64,000 nucleotides of DNA from Laetmonice hystrix (lineage: Eukaryota): NCBI GenBank assembly GCA_965235115.1, contig OZ249440.1:33854001-33918000 (forward strand), read 5' to 3'. Below are positions 61,001 through 64,000 of this stretch, piece by piece. The stretch's first letter is position 1, and each line of letters begins with the position of its first letter. The notes beneath the pieces were generated by a model, which did not search any database, had not been told where the DNA came from, and saw nothing but the letters and a program-made list of their open reading frames with translations. Position numbers and translations under genes: made by a program.

Positions 61001-64000
61001 GAGCAAGAGCAACACAAAGACCAAGACCAAGACCAAGAACAAGACCAAGAGCAAGACCAGGAGCAAGACCAAGAGCAAGACCAAGACCAAAAAGAAGTCA
61101 AGAAGAAGACCAGGAGCAAGACCAAGAGCAAGACCAGGAGCAAGACCAAGAGCAAGAGCAAGACCAAGAGGAAGACCAAGAGCAAGACCAAGAGCAAGAA
61201 TAAGACCAAGAAGAAGACCAAAACCAGGAGCAAGACCAAGAGCAACACCAAGTGCAAGACCAAGACCAAGTGCAAGACCAAGACCAAGACCAAGAGCAAG
61301 ACCAGGAGCAAGACCAAGAGCAAGACCAAGACCAAGAGCAACACCAAGAACAAGAAGAAGACCAAGAAGACCAAGAAGAAGCCCAGAAGCAAGACCAAGA
61401 GCAAGACCAAGAGGTAGACCAAGACCAAGAGGAAGACCAAGAGCAAGACCAAGAGCAAGACCAAGACCAAGACCAAGACCAAGACCGAGAGCAACACCAA
61501 GACGAAGACCAAGACCAAAGACAAGCCCAAGACCAAGAAGAAGACCAAGAGCAAGACCAAGATGAGGACCAAGAACAAGAGCAAGACCAAGAGCAAGACC
61601 AAGAGCAAGACCAGGACCAGGAGCAAGACCAAGAACAAGACCAAGAACAAGACCAAGAGCAAGACCAAGAGCAAGACCAAGAGCAAGACCAGGGGCAAGA
61701 ACAAGACCAAGAGCAAGACCAAGAACAAGACCAAGAACAAGACCAAGAACAAGACCAAGAACAAGACCAAGAACAAGACCAAAAAGAAGACCAGGAGCAA
61801 GACCAAGAGCAAGGCCAAGAGCAAGACCAAGAGCAAGACCAAGACCAGGAGCAATACCAAGAACAAGACCAAGAGCAAGACCAAGAGCAAGACCAAGAGC
61901 AAGACCAAGAGCAAGACCAAGAGCAAGACCAAGAGCAAGAGGAAGACCAGGGGCAAGAGCAAGAGCAAGACCAAGACCAAGAGCAAGACCAAGAGCAAGA
62001 CCAAGACGAATACCAAGAGCAAGAACAAGATCAAGAGCAAGAAGAAGACCAAGAAGAAGACCAAGACCAATGGCAATACCAAGGGCAAGACCAAGAAGAA
62101 GACCAAGAAGAAGACCAAGAAGAAGACCAAGAAGAAGACCAAGAAGAAGACCAAGACCAAGAAGAAGACCATCAAGAAGAAGAGCAAGACTAAGACCAAA
62201 AAGAAGACCATCAAGAAGAAGAGCAAGACCAAGAGCAAGACCAAGAGCAAGACCAAGAGCAAGACCAAGACCAAGAGCAAGACCAAGGACAAGACCAAGA
62301 ACAAGACCAAGACCAAGACCAAGACCAGGACCAAGAACAAGACCAAGAACAAGACCAAGACCAAGAACAAGACCAAGAAGAAGACCAGGAGCAAGACCAA
62401 GAGCAGGAGCAAGAGCAAGACCAAGAGCAAGACCAAGACCAAGACCAGAAGCAAGACCAAGAGCAAGACCAAGAGCAAGACCAAGAGCAAGACCAAGAAG
62501 AAGACCAAGAAGAAGACCAAGACCAGGAGCAAGACCAAGAGCAAGACCAAGAGCAAGACCAAGAGCAAGACCAAGACCAAGAGCAACACCAAGACCAAGA
62601 GCAACACCAAGACCAAGACCAAGACCAAGAGCAATGGCAATACCAAGGGCAAGACCAAGAAGAAGACCAAGAAGAAGACCAGGTAGAAGACCAAGAAGAA
62701 GACCAAGAAGAAGACCAAGACCATCAAGAAGAAGAGCAAGACCAAGACCAAAAAGAAGACCATCAAGAAGAAGAGCAAGACCAAGAGCAAGACCAAGAGC
62801 AAGACCAAGACCAAGAGCAAGACCAAGAACAAGACCAAGAACAAGACCAAGACCAAGACCAGGACCAAGACCAGAACCAAGAGCAAGACCAAGAACAAGA
62901 CCAAGAACAAGACCAAGACCAAGAAGAAGACCAAGAAGAAGACCAGGAGCAAGACCAAGAGCAGGAGCAAGAGCAAGACCAAGAGCAAGACCAAGACCAA
63001 GACCAGAAGCAAGACCAAGAGCAAGACCAAGAGCAAGAGCAAGACCTAGAGCAAGAGCAAGACCAAGAGCATGACCAAGAGCAAGACCAAGAGCAAGAGC
63101 AAGACCAAGAGCAAGACCAAGAGCAAGACCAAGAGCAAGACCAAGAGCAAGACCAAGAGCAAGACCAAGAAGAAGACCAAGAAGAAGACCAAGACCAGGA
63201 GCAAGACCAATAACAAGACCAAGAGCAAGACCAAGAGCAAGACCAAGACCAAGAGCAAGAGCAAGAGCAAGAGCAAGACCAAGACCAAGACCAAGAGCAA
63301 GAGCACAGGAGCAAGACCAAGAGCAAGACCAAGACCAAGAGCAAGGCCAAGACCAAGAAGAAGACCAAGACCAAGAAGAAGACCAGGAAGAAGACCAAGA
63401 AGAAGACCAAGACCAGGAGCAAGACCAAGACCAAGAACAAGAGGCAAGAGCCAAGAGGCAAGAGCCAAGAGACAAGAGCCAAGAGGCAACAGCCAAGAGG
63501 CAAGAGCCAAGAGGCAAGAGCCAAGAGGCAAGAGCCAAGAGGCAAGAGCCAAGAGGCAAGAGGCAAGAGCCAAGAGGCAAGAGCCAAGAGGCAAGAGCCA
63601 AGAGGCAAGAGCCAAGAGGCAAGAGCCAAGAGGCAAGAGCCAAGAGGCAAGAGCCAAGAGGCAAGAGCCAAGAGGCAAGAGCCAAGAGGCAAGAGCCAAG
63701 AGGCAAGAGCCAAGAGGCAAGAGCCAAGAGGCAAGAGCCAAGAGGCAAGAGCCAAGAGGCAAGAGCCAAGAGGCAAGAGCCAAGAGGCAAGAGCCAAGAG
63801 GCAAGAGCCAAGAGGCAAGAGCCAAGGGCCAAGAGGCAAGGGCCAAGAGGCAAGAGCCAAGAGGCAAGAGCCAAGAGGCAAGAGCCAAGAGGCAAGAGCC
63901 AAGAGGCAAGAGCCAAGAGGCAAGAGCCAAGAGGCAAGAGCCAAGAGCCAAGAGGCAAGAGGCATGAGCCAAGAGGCAAGAGCCAAGAGCCAAGAGGCAA
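58098..64000 (+). repeat. Hexamer satellite (to ~63440) switching to a homogeneous 14-bp CCAAGAGGCAAGAG array
   Basis: Read directly. Confidence 0.97.

Noticed and set aside
44403..64000. Very long ORFs in the satellite (DQEQ, KTKS, LVLL, LGLA, SWSC, up to 1780 aa)
   Set aside because: They are open in nearly all frames because the repeat lacks stop codons; there is no unique domain, and the phase shifts sporadically.

Overview
Eukaryotic, heterochromatin-like window made almost entirely of nested transposons and tandem repeats, with no recognisable host gene. The mix of DIRS/Ngaro, Helentron-type, Academ-like, Harbinger, pogo and 5-bp-TSD elements plus CTCF/YY1-type motifs suggests a bilaterian invertebrate (inference only). 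Left to right: (1) a DIRS tyrosine-recombinase retrotransposon on the minus strand, with gag, an RT-RNaseH-methyltransferase pol broken by one TAG, and the YR start cut by the window edge; (2) a ~1.9-2.3 kb macro-tandem repeat that carries the 5' piece of a decayed Ngaro/DIRS gag and has been hit by several DNA elements; (3) a block present twice about 19 kb apart (17.3-29.1 kb and 36.6-43.4 kb) holding SGNH-hydrolase and LINE-RT relics, plus an Academ-like foldback element in the first copy only; (4) about 20 kb of nearly T-free hexamer/heptamer satellite. Inside that satellite sits one apparently full-length, intact LINE (CR1/L2-group APE-RT). Its ORF1 is a coiled-coil + L1-type RRM protein fused to a complete C-terminal NADAR (YbiA-like) domain, the most interesting feature here. 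All family calls come from motif recognition by eye; no searches were run.
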